A stretch of DNA of 64,000 nucleotides, taken from positions 896,298 through 960,297 of the forward strand of contig NC_057718.1 of assembly GCF_004010195.1 (NCBI RefSeq), in the 5' to 3' direction. Under the pieces are notes generated by a model. That model saw only the letters and a list, made by a program, of their open reading frames with translations. It was not told the origin of the DNA and did not search any database. The translations under genes were made by a program, and so were the position numbers. Below are positions 13,792-27,184 of the stretch, one piece after another (the first letter of the stretch is position 1; each line of letters starts with the position of its first letter). The stretch is from Chiloscyllium plagiosum (Eukaryota).

Positions 13792-14608
13792 TGTTAGGAC
13801 ACGGAGGCAGAACCCTCTGTTAAATAATCTAAGTGCCCAGAAAAGCTGGTCTCGCCTCATAATCTGTTAAAATATGAGGGACAGAGAACTTCCAAATTCC
13901 ACTATTTAAAGAAAATAATGTCAATTTATTTTCTAACTCTGAAAGAGAACATCAAACAAAAACAATTCACAAATCTAAGCCCTCCTTTCTCTGAACTGCT
14001 TACTGTCTGCCTCGAACTCTATAACAAAATGCTATTCCAATAAGATACTTATTAAAATTGCATCAACTTAATTTCAAACTAATCTCTGTCGTCTTCTGTG
14101 TTTTCACTCTTCCAGCTGCTGACCTCCCTGGGTTCCCCTCTTTGTTTTTACTGTCAGTGTGTTTCTCATGAAACAGTACCTTTGATAGAGAATATTTTCT
14201 TATTTCTTTGAGAGCAAGGTGTTAGATGGGTAATGAGCTCTCCAGGATTTTTTCTCTTTTTCTACGGCAGATCTCTGGCCAGCTTTCAAAATGTGCACTT
14301 TCTTATCCACCGCCCCGCCCAGCATCGGATCTACCTATTGGTTTGATGCTGGCAAAACAATAAATCCAAACTCAATAGGGTCTTAGTATCCTGGGACATA
14401 ATTTAAACTGATTGGTTAAATTTGAATTATTGTCAAAACAGCAGCCAAACTCAAGTATCCATTTCACAGCCAAATGTTATATTAATTAAAATTTTCCAGT
14501 ACACTCTGGGACTGCCATCTAGTCATATACATAGCTGCTTGTAAGCCCTGAGTACAGAACAGCATTCTATCTCTTAAAGGTACAGTACATGGCTTCAACT
14601 TCATAACA
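13792..14608 (-). mobile_element. Solo LTR related to the adjacent Gypsy LTRs
   Basis: tgtta...taaca termini; 4-bp TSD gtcc (13788-13791 and 14609-14612); shares blocks such as aatctgttaaa and ccaaattccactatttaaagaaaa with 11762-12446. Confidence 0.88.
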
Positions 14609-15196
14609 GTCCTCATAATTGAATCTTTCATCCTTCTTTCCTTTCTGATGAGGGGTTCTTGTGGTGCACTGGTAATATTGCTAGGCGCTTATCGACTATG
14701 GTGTTAACTGTTAACTGTGGTTGTTTGGTTTTTCTACTTTTTAGTAAGAAGGTCTGTAATGTTTAACTTTTTTACTTTGTTTTCTTTAATTTTTCTGTTT
14801 TGTACCAAAATTCTGTACCTAGATCCATTTGTATCTAGGATCGTGCTGTAAGTGGTGATTATAAGCATTCACTATTCTCATGTGAGTACATTTGACAGTA
14901 AACATAATTCAAGCCAGAAAGTCCATGTCCCACTTGTCCCAGAGGGGAGTCATAGCACTGTCTTGAGCATCCCAATACCATTTCTATGGTACAGTGAGCA
15001 GTACTGAATATGGGTCACCAGATGGTATTTCACCAGAGCTCTTGTTAATCTGGACACTTGCAGTTCTGTCTATTCCAGCTCCCTTCAGGTGATGGGCACA
15101 GTTAAAATCTCCATTTTAATTATTATGCATGATTGTATTTGGGGTTCAAGTTGGGGTTGAGGTTTGATTGTATTAAACTCTCTTATTTTGTTTTAG

Positions 15197-15337
15197 GAAA
15201 GATTATTTCTATTGATGCAAGCACTCTACGGGCCTCAGCAAGAGTGGGCTGGGAGGATCTGGTCAGGAAATGTATCTATGCTTTTTTCCAGCCACAGCAA
15301 CGGGGATCCTCGTATGCTAAACAGCTGCTCCAGGAAG
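15197..15337 (+). CDS. NCOA1: NCOA1-like internal exon (PAS-B first half)
   Basis: ttttag| acceptor and G|gtaggt donor; 141 nt. Encodes KIISIDASTLRASARVGWEDLVRKCIYAFFQPQQRGSSYAKQLLQE; GWEDLVRKCIYAFFQP is NCOA1-type. Confidence 0.95.
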
Positions 15338-15388
15338 GTAGGTAATCATTGCTTGTTCTTAACTACTGGACAGTGATCTGGACAGCAG

Positions 15389-17355
15389 GGAGAAAATGAG
15401 GGCTGCAGATGCTGGAGATCAGAGTTAAAAAGTGTGGCACTGGAAAAGCACAGGCAGCATCTGAGGAGCAGGAGAGTCCACATTTCGAGCATAAGCATTT
15501 TGTCAGGAATGTGGGGCTGGCTGAAGGGGGCTGAGAGATAAATGGGAGGGGAATGGGGTGGCGGGAAGGTAACTGGGAATGCGATAGGTGGATGAAGGTG
15601 AGAGGTGATGGTGATCGGTCAGAGAGGAGGGTGGAGTGGACAGGTGGGAAGGAAGATGGGCAGGTGGGACAGTTCAAGAGGGTAGTGCCGAGTTGGAGGG
15701 TCAGATCTGAGATAAGGTGGGGGAGGGGAAATGAGGAAGCTAGTGAAATCAACACTGATTCCATGGGAGCTGAAGGGCCGCAAGGTGGAAGATGAGGTGT
15801 TCTTCCTCCAGTTGTCGGATCGCTAGGATTTAGCAGTGGAGGACCTCGGGTCTTGCATGTCCTTGGTGGAGTGGGAGGGGGAGTTGAAGTGTTCAGCCAC
15901 AGGGTGGTGGGGTTGTTTGTTGCGTGTTGTGACGAGGCTGCTCATTCCGGCAAGGTGATGTCATCCTTGATTTTTGCTTGAGGTTGTAAACGGCCCAGAC
16001 TCTGAAAAGTTTGAGAGTTTGGATAGATTTTAGGGCCCATTTTTTACAGCTAACAGATACTGCCTCAGACAGAAGACTTTCAAGTTAAAAAAACTTGTGT
16101 AATGAAAGGGGAGTGGCCAGTTCAGCAGCAGCATGTTTGAAGGAAGGCTGTCGGAAGCAATCCAGCCTGATTCTCGCTCTTGCTCACTCTAACTTCAAGT
16201 GTGTAAGTCTTTGTTGGTTTTTACTTTTTGTGCCAAGGGGTGTTTATTGGGATTGTTGCATGTATTTTGGAATAGCATTAAGTCCGAATAGCCTCAGTGT
16301 TCGGATAGGATAAGTTTTCTATTTTCTGGTCTATGTGTTTCATACTGTAATTTTGTGAATAAATTCTGTTTTGTTTAAAAACTAAGTCAGCTGACCAGCT
16401 AATTCTCGGCAGGAAAATCCACTATACACTTAAGTAAATCAAATAGCAAAGCTAGGGTCTGGACTCTCAGTTTAAAATGTTTTGAGGGGTCGGGCCTGAT
16501 CCATAACAGTGTGTCCTGGCGATGTTCTCTGAAACATTCCGCAAGTTGACGTCCTGTCTCCCCAGTGTAGTTGATCAACTTCTCAAACACCTTTCACCCT
16601 GACCTCAATTTCACCTGGACCATCTTGAAAACACCTCCTTCTCTTTCCTGGACCTCCGCATTTCTATTTCTAGTGACTGACTCAACACGGGCATCTACTT
16701 CAAACCCACTGACTTCCGCAGCTATCTGGACTACACCATCCCCCCTCCCCCTTTCCAATCACAGCAAGGACACCTTTCACCACACAATCTCTGGATACAA
16801 CGCTTCATCCTTCGCCATTTCTGCCATCTACAGTCAGATCCCACCACCAGAGATATATTTCCCTCCCCACGCCTTTAAACATTCCGCAGAGACTATTCCC
16901 TCCGTGACTCCTTCATTAGGTCAACGCTCCCCCACCAACCCACCATTCCCTTGCCACCGCAACAAGTGTAAAACCTGCCTACCCCCCTCCTCCCATCTCT
17001 ATTCAAGGCTCCAAAGGATCCTTCCATATCCAGCCGAGATTTTCTGTACCTCCAAACACCTCATCACTGTACCTCCAAACACCTCAATGTGGTCAACTCT
17101 ATGTTGAGGACACAGGACACCAATTTGTGGAATGCTTCAGAGAACATCTCTGGGGCACACGCACTAAACTAACCCATCGCCCTGTGACCGAACACTTGCA
17201 TTCCCAGCTGCCTTGCACCCCCAGCCATTTATCTCTCAGCCCCCTTGTGGTTCTCCCACATTCCTGATGAAAAGCTTTTGCTTGAAATGTTGACTCTCCT
17301 GCTCCTCAGATGCTGTCTGACTGGCTGTGCTTTTCCAGCACCACATTTTTTGATT
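15389..17355. mobile_element. Penelope-like element with an inverted 5' segment
   Basis: 15389-16570 is the terminus plus GIY-YIG end on minus (YTGETGRQLAECFREH). 16571-17355 is RT end, GIY-YIG and terminus on plus. Interrupted by a solo LTR. Confidence 0.78.
15928..16508. mobile_element. Solo LTR (second family) nested in the PLE
   Basis: tgtgac...ataaca termini; TSD gtgt at 15924-15927 and 16509-16512; contains aataaa. Confidence 0.82.
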
Positions 17356-20119
17356 CAAATCACAGCAATTCTCCATTAAATTCCCTTTTTGTTATGTCAC
17401 CTCTGATTCTTATGGTGATTACTTTCCACCTGTATTCCCTCGTTAAAGATCCTTTTGTCATTAAAAACAGTTTCTCCTTACTCTATCTAATCTTTTCATT
17501 CAAATCTCCTCTCAACTTTCATGGCCTGTGTTCTCCAACCTCCTTGTATGACTGAATCCTCTTCCCTCACCAGTCCTTTGTTATTTCACCGAACAGTGCC
17601 CCACTGTCAACATCCTTGATATTATCATTGTCCAGAAACCCCTTTGGACTCACCATATAAACACAGGCCATGGCTACAAGAGCAGGTCAGAGGCTAGGAA
17701 TACTGTGGTGCATAACTCACCTCATGACTCCCCAAAGTCTACATAGCATAAGTCAGGAGGGGGGTGGGCTGGTGGAATATTCTACATTTGCCATGATGGG
17801 TGCAGCTCCAACAGTAATCACAAAGCTTGACACCACTCAGGACAAAGCAGCCCGCTTGATTGGCACTACATCCACAAACACTCACTCCGTCCACCACTAA
17901 TGTTCAGTGTATGCAAACACAAGATGTATTGCAGAAATTTATCAATGGTCTCCTTGTTGGGGAGGGTTTGAATTAATGTGGCAGGGGGATGGGAACCAAA
18001 TAAAGAGGTTAGTGGACAGTAAGGAACTTGATAATTAAGTCAGCGTGACTAAGGAGAAGAGTAGGCAGGGAGCAGATGATGAACGCAAAGGCTCTTGTGA
18101 TCTGAGATGCATTTGTTTTTAGGCAAAAAGTGTACTGTAGTAGGTAAGGGAGATGAACTTAGGGCTTGGATTAGTACTTGAGAGTATGATGTTATTGCTA
18201 TTACTGAGACTTGGTTGAGGGAAGGGCATGATTGGCAACTAAATATCCCAGGATATTGATGCTTCAGGCCGGATAGAGAGGGAGGTAAAAGGGTTCGAGG
18301 AGTTACATTATTGGTCAGAGAGGATATCGCAGCTGTGCTGAAGGAGGGCACTATGGAGGACTCGAGCATTGAGACAATATGGGCAGAGCTCAGAAATAGG
18401 AAGGGTACGGTAACAATTTTGGGTCTATATTACAGGCCTCCCAACAGCAAGCATGAGATAGAGGTACAAATATGTAAACAGGTTATGGAAAGATGGAGGA
18501 GCAACAGGGTGGTGGTGATAGGAGATTTGAATTTTCCCAACATTGACTGGGATTCACTTAGTGTTAGAGGTCTAGATGGAACAAAATTTGTAAGGAGCCT
18601 CTAGGAGGGTTTCCTAGAGCAGTATGTAAATAGTCCAACTTGGGAGGGGGTCATACTGGACCTGGTGTTGGGGAATGAGCCTGGCCAGGTGGTTGAAGTA
18701 TCAGTAGGGGATTACTTTGGGAATACTGATCACAATTCCGTAAGTTTTAAAATACTCATGGGCAAAGAGGAGAGTGGTCCTAAAGGAAGAGTGCTAAATT
18801 GGGGGAAGGCCAACTATAGCAAAAATTGGCAGGAGCTGGGGAATGTGGATCGGGAGCAGCTGTTTGAGGGTAAATCCATATTTGCTATGTGGGAGGCTTT
18901 TAAAGAGAGGTTGATGAGAATGCAGGACAGACATGTCCCTGTGAAAATGAGGGATAGGAATGGCAAGATTAGGGAACCATGGATGACAGGTGAAATTGTA
19001 AGACTTGCTAAGAGGGAAAAGGAAGCGTATGTAAGGTCTAGGTGACTGAAGACGATGAAGCTTTGGAAGAATACCTGGAAAGTAGGACCAATCTGAAACA
19101 AGTGATTAAGAGGGCTAAAAGGGGTCATGAAATATCTTTAGCAAACAGGGTTACAAAAAGTCCCAAAGCCTTTTATTCATATATAAGGTGAAAGAGGGTA
19201 ACGAGAAATAGGGGCCACTCAAGGACAAAGGAGGAAAGTTATGCGTGGAGTCAGAGAAAATAGGTGAGATTCTTAGTACTTGGCATCTGTATTCACCGAG
19301 GAGAGGGACGTGATGAATGTTGAGGTTAGGGATAGATGTTTCATTACTCGAGATCAGGCCGGCATAAGTGTTAGGTAATCTAAAAGGCATTAAGGTGGAC
19401 AAGTCCCCAGGTCCAGATGGGATCTATCCCAGCTTACTGAGGGAAGTGAGAGAGGAAATGGTTGGGCCTTAACAGATACCTTTACAGCAACCTTGAACAC
19501 GGGTGAGGTCCCCGAGGACTGGAGAATTGCTAATGTTCCCTTGTTTAAGAAGGGTAGCGAGGATAATCCAGATAATTATAGACTGGAGAGCCTGATGTTA
19601 GTGGTAGGAAAGCCACTGGAGAAGATACTGAGGGAAAGGATCTATTTACATTTGGAAGAAAATAGTCTAATCAGTGATACGCAGCATGGTCTTGTACAGG
19701 GAAGGTCATGTCTTACCAACTTAATAGAATTCTTTGAGGAAGTGGTAAAGTGATTGATGAGGGAAGGGCTGTAGATGTCATTTACATGGACTTCAGTAAA
19801 GTGTTTGATAAGATTCCCCATGGTAGGCTTATGGAGAAAGTGAAGTCACATGGGGTCCAGGTTGTACTAGCTAGATGGATTAGGAACTGACTGGGCAACA
19901 GAAGACAGAGTAGTAGTGGAAGGGAGTTTCTCAAAGTGTCGAACTGCAATCAGTGGTGTTCCACAAGGATCTATGTTGTTTATGATATAAATAATGATCT
20001 GGAGGAAGGTATAGGTGGTCTGATTAGTAAGTTTGCAGATGATATGAAGATTGGTGGAGTAGCAGATGGTGTAGGAGACTGTCAGAGAATGCAGCAGAAT
20101 ATAGATAGATTGGAGAGTT

Positions 20120-22668
20120 AGAACTTAGAACATTACAGCGCAGTACAGGCCCTTCAGCCCTCGATGTTGCGCTGACCTGTCATACCAATCTGAAGCCCAT
20201 CTAACCTACACTATTCCATGTACGTCCATATGCTTGTCCAATGACGACTTAAATGTACTTTGGCAAATCTACTACCGTTGCAGGCAAAGCATTCCATACC
20301 CTTACTACTCTCTGAGTAAAGAAATTACCTCTGACATTTGTCCGATATCTATCACCCCTCAATTTAAAGCTATACCCCCTCGTGCTCGCTGTCACCATAC
20401 TTGGAAAAAGGCTCTCCCTGTCCACTCTATCTAACCTTCTGATTATCTTATATGTCTCTATTAAGTCACCTCTCAACCTTCTTCTCTCTAACGAAAACAG
20501 CCTCAAGTCCCTCAGCCTTTCCTCGTAATACCTTCCCTCCATACCAGGCAACATCCTAGTAAATCTCCTCTGCACCCTTCTCAAAGCTTGCACATCCTCC
20601 TTCTAATGCGGTGACCAGAACTGTACACAATACTCCAAGTGCGGCTGCACCAGAGTTTTGTACAGCTGCAGTATAACCTCATGGTTACAGAACTCAATCC
20701 CTCTATTAATAAAAGCTAAAACACTATATGCCTTCTTAACAACCCTGTCAACCTGGGTGGCAACTTTCAAGGATCTGTGTACCTGGAAACTGAGATCTCT
20801 GCTCATCTACACTACCAAGAATCTTACCATTAGCCCAGTACTTTGCATTCCGGCTACTCCGATCAAAGTGAATCACCTCACACTTGTCCGCATTAAACTC
20901 CATTTGCCACCTCTCAGTCCAGCTCTGCAGCTTATCTATATCTCTCTGTAACCTACAACATCCTTTGTCACTATCCACAACCCCACCGACCTTAGTGTCG
21001 TCTGCAAATTTACTAACCCACCCTTCTACGCCCTCATCCAGGTCGTTTATAAAAATGACGAACAGCAGTGGATCCAACATCGACCCTTGCGGTACACCAC
21101 TAGTAACTGGACTCCAGGATGAACATTTCCCATCAACCATCACCCTCTGTCTTCTTTCAGCAAGCCTATTACTGATCCAAACTGCTATATTTCCCACTAT
21201 CCCATTCTTCCGCATTTTGTACAACAGCCTACTGTGGGGAACCTATCGAACGCTTTGCTCAAATCCATGTACACCACATCAACCGGTTTACTCTCATCTA
21301 CCTGTTTGGTCACCTTCTCAAAGAACTCAATAAGGTTTGTGAGGCACGACCTACCCTTCACAAAACCGTGCTGACTATCCCTAGTCAGCGGCATGGTGGC
21401 ATAGTGGGCAGCACGGTGGCACAGTGGTTAGCACTGCTGCCTCGCAGCGCCAGAGACCCGGGTTCAATTCCCGCCTCAGGCGACTGACTGTGTGGAGTTT
21501 TCACATTCTCCCCGTGTCTGCGTGGGTTTCCTCCGGGTGCTCCGGTTTCCTCCCACAGTCCAAAGATGTGCAGGTCAGATGAATTNTTTCTAGATGATTA
21601 TAAGTCCTATCTCTTATAACATTTTCCAACACTTTACCAACAACTGAAGTAAGGCTCACTGGTCTATAATTACCAGGATTGTCTCTACTCCCCTTCTGGA
21701 ACAGGGGAACCACATTTGCTATCTTCCAGTCTTCTGGCACTATTCCTGTAGACAATGACGATTTAAAGATCAATGCCAAAGGCTCGGCAATCTCCTCCCT
21801 GGCTTCCCAGAGGATCCGAGGATAAATCCCATCCAGACCAGGGGACTTATCCATTTTCACACTCTGCAGGATTTCTAATACCTCCTCCTTGTGAAGCTCA
21901 ATCCCACCCAGTCTAGTAGCCTGTATCTCAGTAATCTCCTCGACAACATTGTCGTTTTCTAGAGTGAATACTGTTGAAAAGTATTCATTTAGTGCTTCCC
22001 CTATCTCCTCTGACTCCACACACAACTTCCCACTACTATCCTTGATTGGCCCTAATCTTACTCTCGTCGTTCGTTTATTCCTTAAATACCTGTAGAAAGC
22101 CTTAGGGTTAACCTGTTCATATCCGCCAACAACTTCTCATGACACTTATTCAAGGAAAAGCTACTTATCTCGGACACACAGTAGCTTTTCCTTGAATAAG
22201 CTCCACATTTCTAATGTGCCCATCCCCTGCAGTTTATCCCCTGCAGTTTCCTTCCCCATCCTATGCTTCCTAAATCTTGCCTAATTGCATCGTAATTGCT
22301 TTTCCACCAGCTGTAACTCTTGCCCAGTGGTATATACCTATCCCTTTCTATCACCAAAGTAAACATAACAGAATTGTGGTCGCTGTCATCAAAGTGCTCA
22401 CCTACTTCCAAGTCGAACACCTGGCTGGGCTCATTGCCCAGTACCAAATCTAATGTGGCTTCGCCCCTTGTTGGCCTGTCTACATACTGTGTCAGGAAGC
22501 CCTCCTGCACACACTGAACAAAAACTGACCCATCTATTACACTCGTACTATAGTGTTCCCAGTCAATATTTGGATAGTTGAAGTCCCCCATGACAACTAC
22601 CCTGTCTCTCTCACTCCTATCGAGAATCATCTTTGCTATCCTTTCCTCTACATCTCTGGAACTATTCG
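20120..22668 (-). mobile_element. Nested CR1 LINE (antisense)
   Basis: RT motifs SGVPQGS and SKFADDTK on minus; TSD gagtt at 20115-20119 and 22669-22673. Confidence 0.9.
21388..21585 (+). mobile_element. tRNA-derived V-SINE/HE1-type SINE, cut at an assembly n
   Basis: A box tggcacagtgg, B box ggttcaattcc, V domain gggtttcctccgggtgctccggtttcctcccacagtccaaaga. Confidence 0.85.
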
Positions 22669-24164
22669 GAGTTGGGCGGAGAAATGGCAGATGGAGTTCA
22701 ATCCGGGAAAATGCGAATTGATGCATTTTGGAAGATCTGATTCTAGAGTGAACTATACGATAAATGGAAGAGCCCTGAGGAAAACTGATGTACAGAGAGA
22801 TCTGGGTGGTCAAGTCCATTGTTCCCTGAAGGTGGCAATGTAGCTCGATAGAATGGTCAAGAAGGCATATGGCATACTTTCCTTCATCGGATGGGGTGTG
22901 GAGTACAAGAGTTGGCAGGTCATGTTACAGTTGTATCGGACTTTGGTTCAGCCACATTTGGAATTCTGTGTACAGTTCTGGTTGCCACATTACTCAAAGA
23001 GTGTGAATGCTTTTGAGAGGGTGCACAGGAGGTTCACCAGGATGTTACCTGGTATGGAGGATGCTAGCTATGAAGAGAGGTTGAGTAGATTAGGATTATT
23101 TTCATTAAAAGGATGGAGATTGAGGGCGGACCTGATTGAGGTCTATAAAGTCATGAGAGGTATAGACAGGATGGATAGCAAGAAGCTTTTTCCCGGAGTG
23201 GGGGACTCCATTACTAGGGATCACGAGTTCACAGTGAGAGGGGAAAAGTTTAGGGGAGATATGTGTGGAAAGTTCTTTATGCAGAGGTTGGTGGGTGCCT
23301 GGAACGTGTTGCTAGCAGAGGTGGGATAGACGGGCACGAAAGCATCAATTAAGATGTATCTACACAGATACATGAATGGGTAGGGAGCAGAGGGATACAG
23401 ACCCTTAGAAACTAGGAGACAGGTTTAGATAGAGAATCTGGATCAGCGGAGGCTTGGAGGGCCGAAGGGCCTGTTTCTGTGCTGCAATGTTCTTTATTCT
23501 TTGTTCTGAGACAGCACCTCCCAAACCCTCAAAGCACAAGGGCAGCTGGTACCTAGAAATACCACCACCTGCAAGTCCCCTTTAAGGCAGTCACCATCCT
23601 GACTTGGAAATATGTTGCCATACCTTTTCTGTCACTCGGTCAAAGTTCTGGAATTCCTTCCCTAAGGACTGGACTGTAGCAGTTCAAGAAGGCAGCTCAC
23701 TACCACCTTCTCAAGGGCAACTAGGGTTGGTCAATAAATGCTGGTTTACGTTCCAGAAGTGAATAAAAAAAATCCATCAAGTTAGTTCAGCATAATTTGC
23801 CTTTCAGAATATAAGAACTAGGAGCAGGAATTCTGTCCCATGATCGTGACTGATCTCCTATCAGCCTCAACTGCCTTTTTCTTAGTGCCCTGCTTAACTC
23901 TTCAATCCGTTACTAATTAAAAATCTATCTTGTCCTTTTTATACGGTGGGACGGTGTCTGCTGCAGTCTGGCACAGTGAATTCCACAGATTCATAACCCT
24001 TTGAAATAAGTAATTCCTCCTCATCTCTATTTTAAATCTGCTACCCCCTTAGCCTAAAACAATAACCTCTCGTTCTAGATTGTTCCACATGGGAAAACAT
24101 TCTCTCGATGTCTGGTTCCATGATCCATTAACAGATACACGTTGGCACTTTATTGTTACTGGCC

Positions 24165-24505
24165 ATTTTTTCTATTCATTCATGGGATGAGGGCAACGCT
24201 GGCTAGGCCAGCATTTATTGCTCATCCCACAGAGCAGTTAAGAATCAACCACATTGCTGTGGGGCTGGAGTCACGTACAGGCCAGACGAGGTAACTCCTT
24301 ACCTAAAGGACAATGTAATCCAGATGGCTTTTTCTGATAACTGACAGTGGTTTCATGGTCATCTTTACACTCGTAGTTCTAGATTTTTATTGAATTCAAA
24401 CTGCACCATCTGGCATGGTGGGATTTGAACCTGGGTCTCCAGAACATCATTGAGGGTCTCTGGATTAACAGTTCAGCAATAATACTACTAGGCCATCACC
24501 TCCCC
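24165..24505 (-). mobile_element. tRNA-derived SINE with LINE-like tail (other copies about 25340-25660 minus and 55000-55365 plus)
   Basis: Minus strand has tggcctagtag (A-box-like) and ggttcaaatccc (B box); tail gcaataaatgctgg shared with the LINE at 49690. Confidence 0.7.
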
Positions 24506-25944
24506 TTTTCCAAGTTTTCCATTTTCCAAGTGAAAATTTATTTTGTCACAAATTAATGTCTCTAAAAGGAAGTATGTGAAATTTCAGTTAGACCTCAGCG
24601 ATAGTGTGTGTCCAGTTCTCTGCATCATAGCTTAGGAAGGATGTGAATGCTTTAGATGGACTGTTGGGAAAAAAAATTCTCAAGAATCATTCCAGGAATG
24701 AAGAACTTCAGTTTTAAAGCTATATTTGAGAAGCTTGTACTCTTAGAGAAGGTTTTACAGAGGTGTTCAAACCCCATAAGAATCCAGACAGAGTAATTTG
24801 GAACAAGCTGTTCCTATTGGTGGAAAGATGGAGAGTGAGAGGGTGCAGATTTAGAAAACTTTCTCATGTATTGAATGAATCAGGTCTGGAATACACTGCC
24901 TGAGAATGTAATGTAGGCAGGCTTAGTTGAGGCATTCAAGAGAGTGTTGGATAATTAATTGAAAAGGAAGACTACAGGATCACAGGGAGAAGATGGGGAA
25001 GTGGCTCCTTTTAGTGAGCCAACACAGACGCATGGGTACGAATGGCCTCCTTTGGTGCTGTAACTATTCTGTAAACTCCTCGTGTTTGATTTTTATGGTA
25101 AGGAATTCTCTATCAAATCCTCATTCAGCGTCCTCTCCGGTGAAACTAACTGCAAACTACAGATTTACCTTTAGCTGAAATACCCACCCTACCCCCCCGC
25201 CGCCCAAAAATTGCCTTTGTGGTCTCTCACTGTAGCTACCCTTTCTTTAATGACTTTGTTACAATGTGTGTAGGCTAGACTGCATGTTGGTAAGTTTTCT
25301 TTCCTGAAAGGAGTTAGTGCACTGAAAAGGTTATGATTTTTTAAAATTCATTGATGGCTAGGTCAGCATTTATTGTCCATCTGTAATTGCCCAGAGGGCA
25401 GCTTGAATCACCCACATTGCTGTGGGTCTGGAGTCCCATTTCCTCCTTAAAGGACCTTAGTGAACCAGATGGGTTTTTCCAACAGTTGACAATGGTTTTG
25501 TTAAACTCTTAATTCCATATTATTTCAGAATTTAAAAAAAAATTATTGAATCCAAATTCCACCATTTGCCATAGAGAGATTTGAGCTCAGGTCCCCAGGA
25601 TATTACCGACGTCTCTAGATTAATAGTTTAGTGAGAATAACACTAGGCCGTTATCGCTCCTTAGCATGATACCAGTTTTTGTCACCATTTTATTTCAAAC
25701 AAATTGAGTTCTAAAAGACAGTTGAAGGGATTATGTCCACAGTGTGAGAGGTGTGTCTCCATTGTATCATTCTGTGGTCTCTCTGTAATAATTTTGCACT
25801 GTTATGCTTCACTGGAAAATAGGAGCATGTTGAAAATCAAGACCCACAATTCCTAGATTCATCACAAAAATTCAGGATTTTACAGAAGTACACAAAATTC
25901 CCCAGTTTATCAGTGTTTTAGATTCAGGTTGACAGAACATAGGA

Positions 25945-26210
25945 GTACCTTCCCACACCCTCCTCTCTGACTTATCACCTCCATCCCCACCCCCATTCAC
26001 CTATTGTACTCTTTGCTACCTTCTCCCCAGCCCCACACCCCCCATTTATCTCTGCACCATGGAGGCTTCCTGCCTCTATTCCTGATGAAGGGCTTTTGCC
26101 CGAAACGTTGATTTTCCTGCTCCTCGGATGCTGCCTGACCTGCTGTGCTTTTCCAGCACCACTCTGATCTAAACTCTGATTTCCAGCATCTGCAGTCCTC
26201 ACTTTTGCCT
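25945..26210 (+). mobile_element. PLE terminal fragment with hammerhead-type core
   Basis: TSD agaacatagga at 25934-25944 and 26211-26221; CTGATGA-agggc-tttt-gccc-GAAAC-GTT from 26082. Confidence 0.85.
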
Positions 26211-26828
26211 AGAACATAGGAATAGTTGAGAGTGTGTAAACCATTCAGCCCCTTGAGCTTGCACCGCCACCCAATGAGATCATGGCCAATCTGTGGCTGA
26301 ATTCCATATACCTGCTTTTGGCTCATATCCCTTAAAAACTTGCTGAAAAATGTATCTGTCTCAGATTTAAAATTAATAACTGATCGAACATGGACCAGGT
26401 TTCTGTACTCAACAGGAATTCCTGTTCATTACAAATAAATAGATTCCAACTACAAGGAAATAATTTTGACATTTAACTTAGAATTCTGGGTAATACTAGA
26501 TGGAGGACGGGAAAAGTTTCTGGCTATAACTGCTGCTCCTTTTCTGAGGTATTTTAAGTTTTGGAGGTGATTTCCTCAAATTCCAGGAGCAGCAATTACT
26601 GTTTTATATGCTGTTGCATTGTTTTGGAACTTTGGAGAGAAAAAAAGTAAAAAAAAACAGCACTTTTAAAAGGGAGACGAACAGACAAAGGAAGGATATG
26701 GTGAGGTCAGTGCAGAAGAGAGAGAGATAGAGAGAGAAAGAAACCCACACTGCTAACTGATACAGCAGTAAACCTGCGCAATTATTGCCTTTGCTGTTTG
26801 TATTCATGTATCGCTTGACATCAGTTTG

Positions 26829-26926
26829 CTTTATTCCTGATGAAGGGCTTTTGCCCGAAACTTCGATTTTACTACTCCTTGGATGCTGCCTGAACTGCTG
26901 TGCTCTTCCAGCACCACTAATCCAGA
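26829..26926 (+). mobile_element. Short PLE-derived hammerhead-type element
   Basis: TSD atcagtttg at 26820-26828 and 26927-26935; ctgatgaagggcttttgcccgaaacttc. Confidence 0.8.
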
Positions 26927-27184
26927 ATCAGTTTGTGTCTGGGAAAATTAACAAACAGTGAAATTCACAACTAATCTTGGAGGAACCTGTTTGGGAGAGG
27001 TCACAGCACAGAAACAGACAAGCGAATAAGTGAATATTTTAAGCGTGGCCTTACAGTGAGTCTGCAGTAGTGAGTAGAGTGGGTTCTTCCTTGATTATGT
27101 TTTATTGAGATATGTCTCTTGATTAAACTTAAAATATAAGCATAAGTATTAATTTAATCTGGAGCAGTGTTTTGTAGAGGAATT

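Larger units (their letters stand above)
17955..23507 (+). mobile_element. CR1 LINE ORF2 (APE endonuclease and RT), decayed, split by a nested CR1
   Basis: YYRPPN, GDLNFPNIDW, DHNSV, GRSCLTNLIEFFE and SKFADD; resumes at 22669 with SWAEKWQMEFN. Confidence 0.9.

Noticed and set aside
21407..21480. tRNA-like sequence with A and B boxes
   Set aside because: It continues directly into a V-SINE body, so it is a SINE head.
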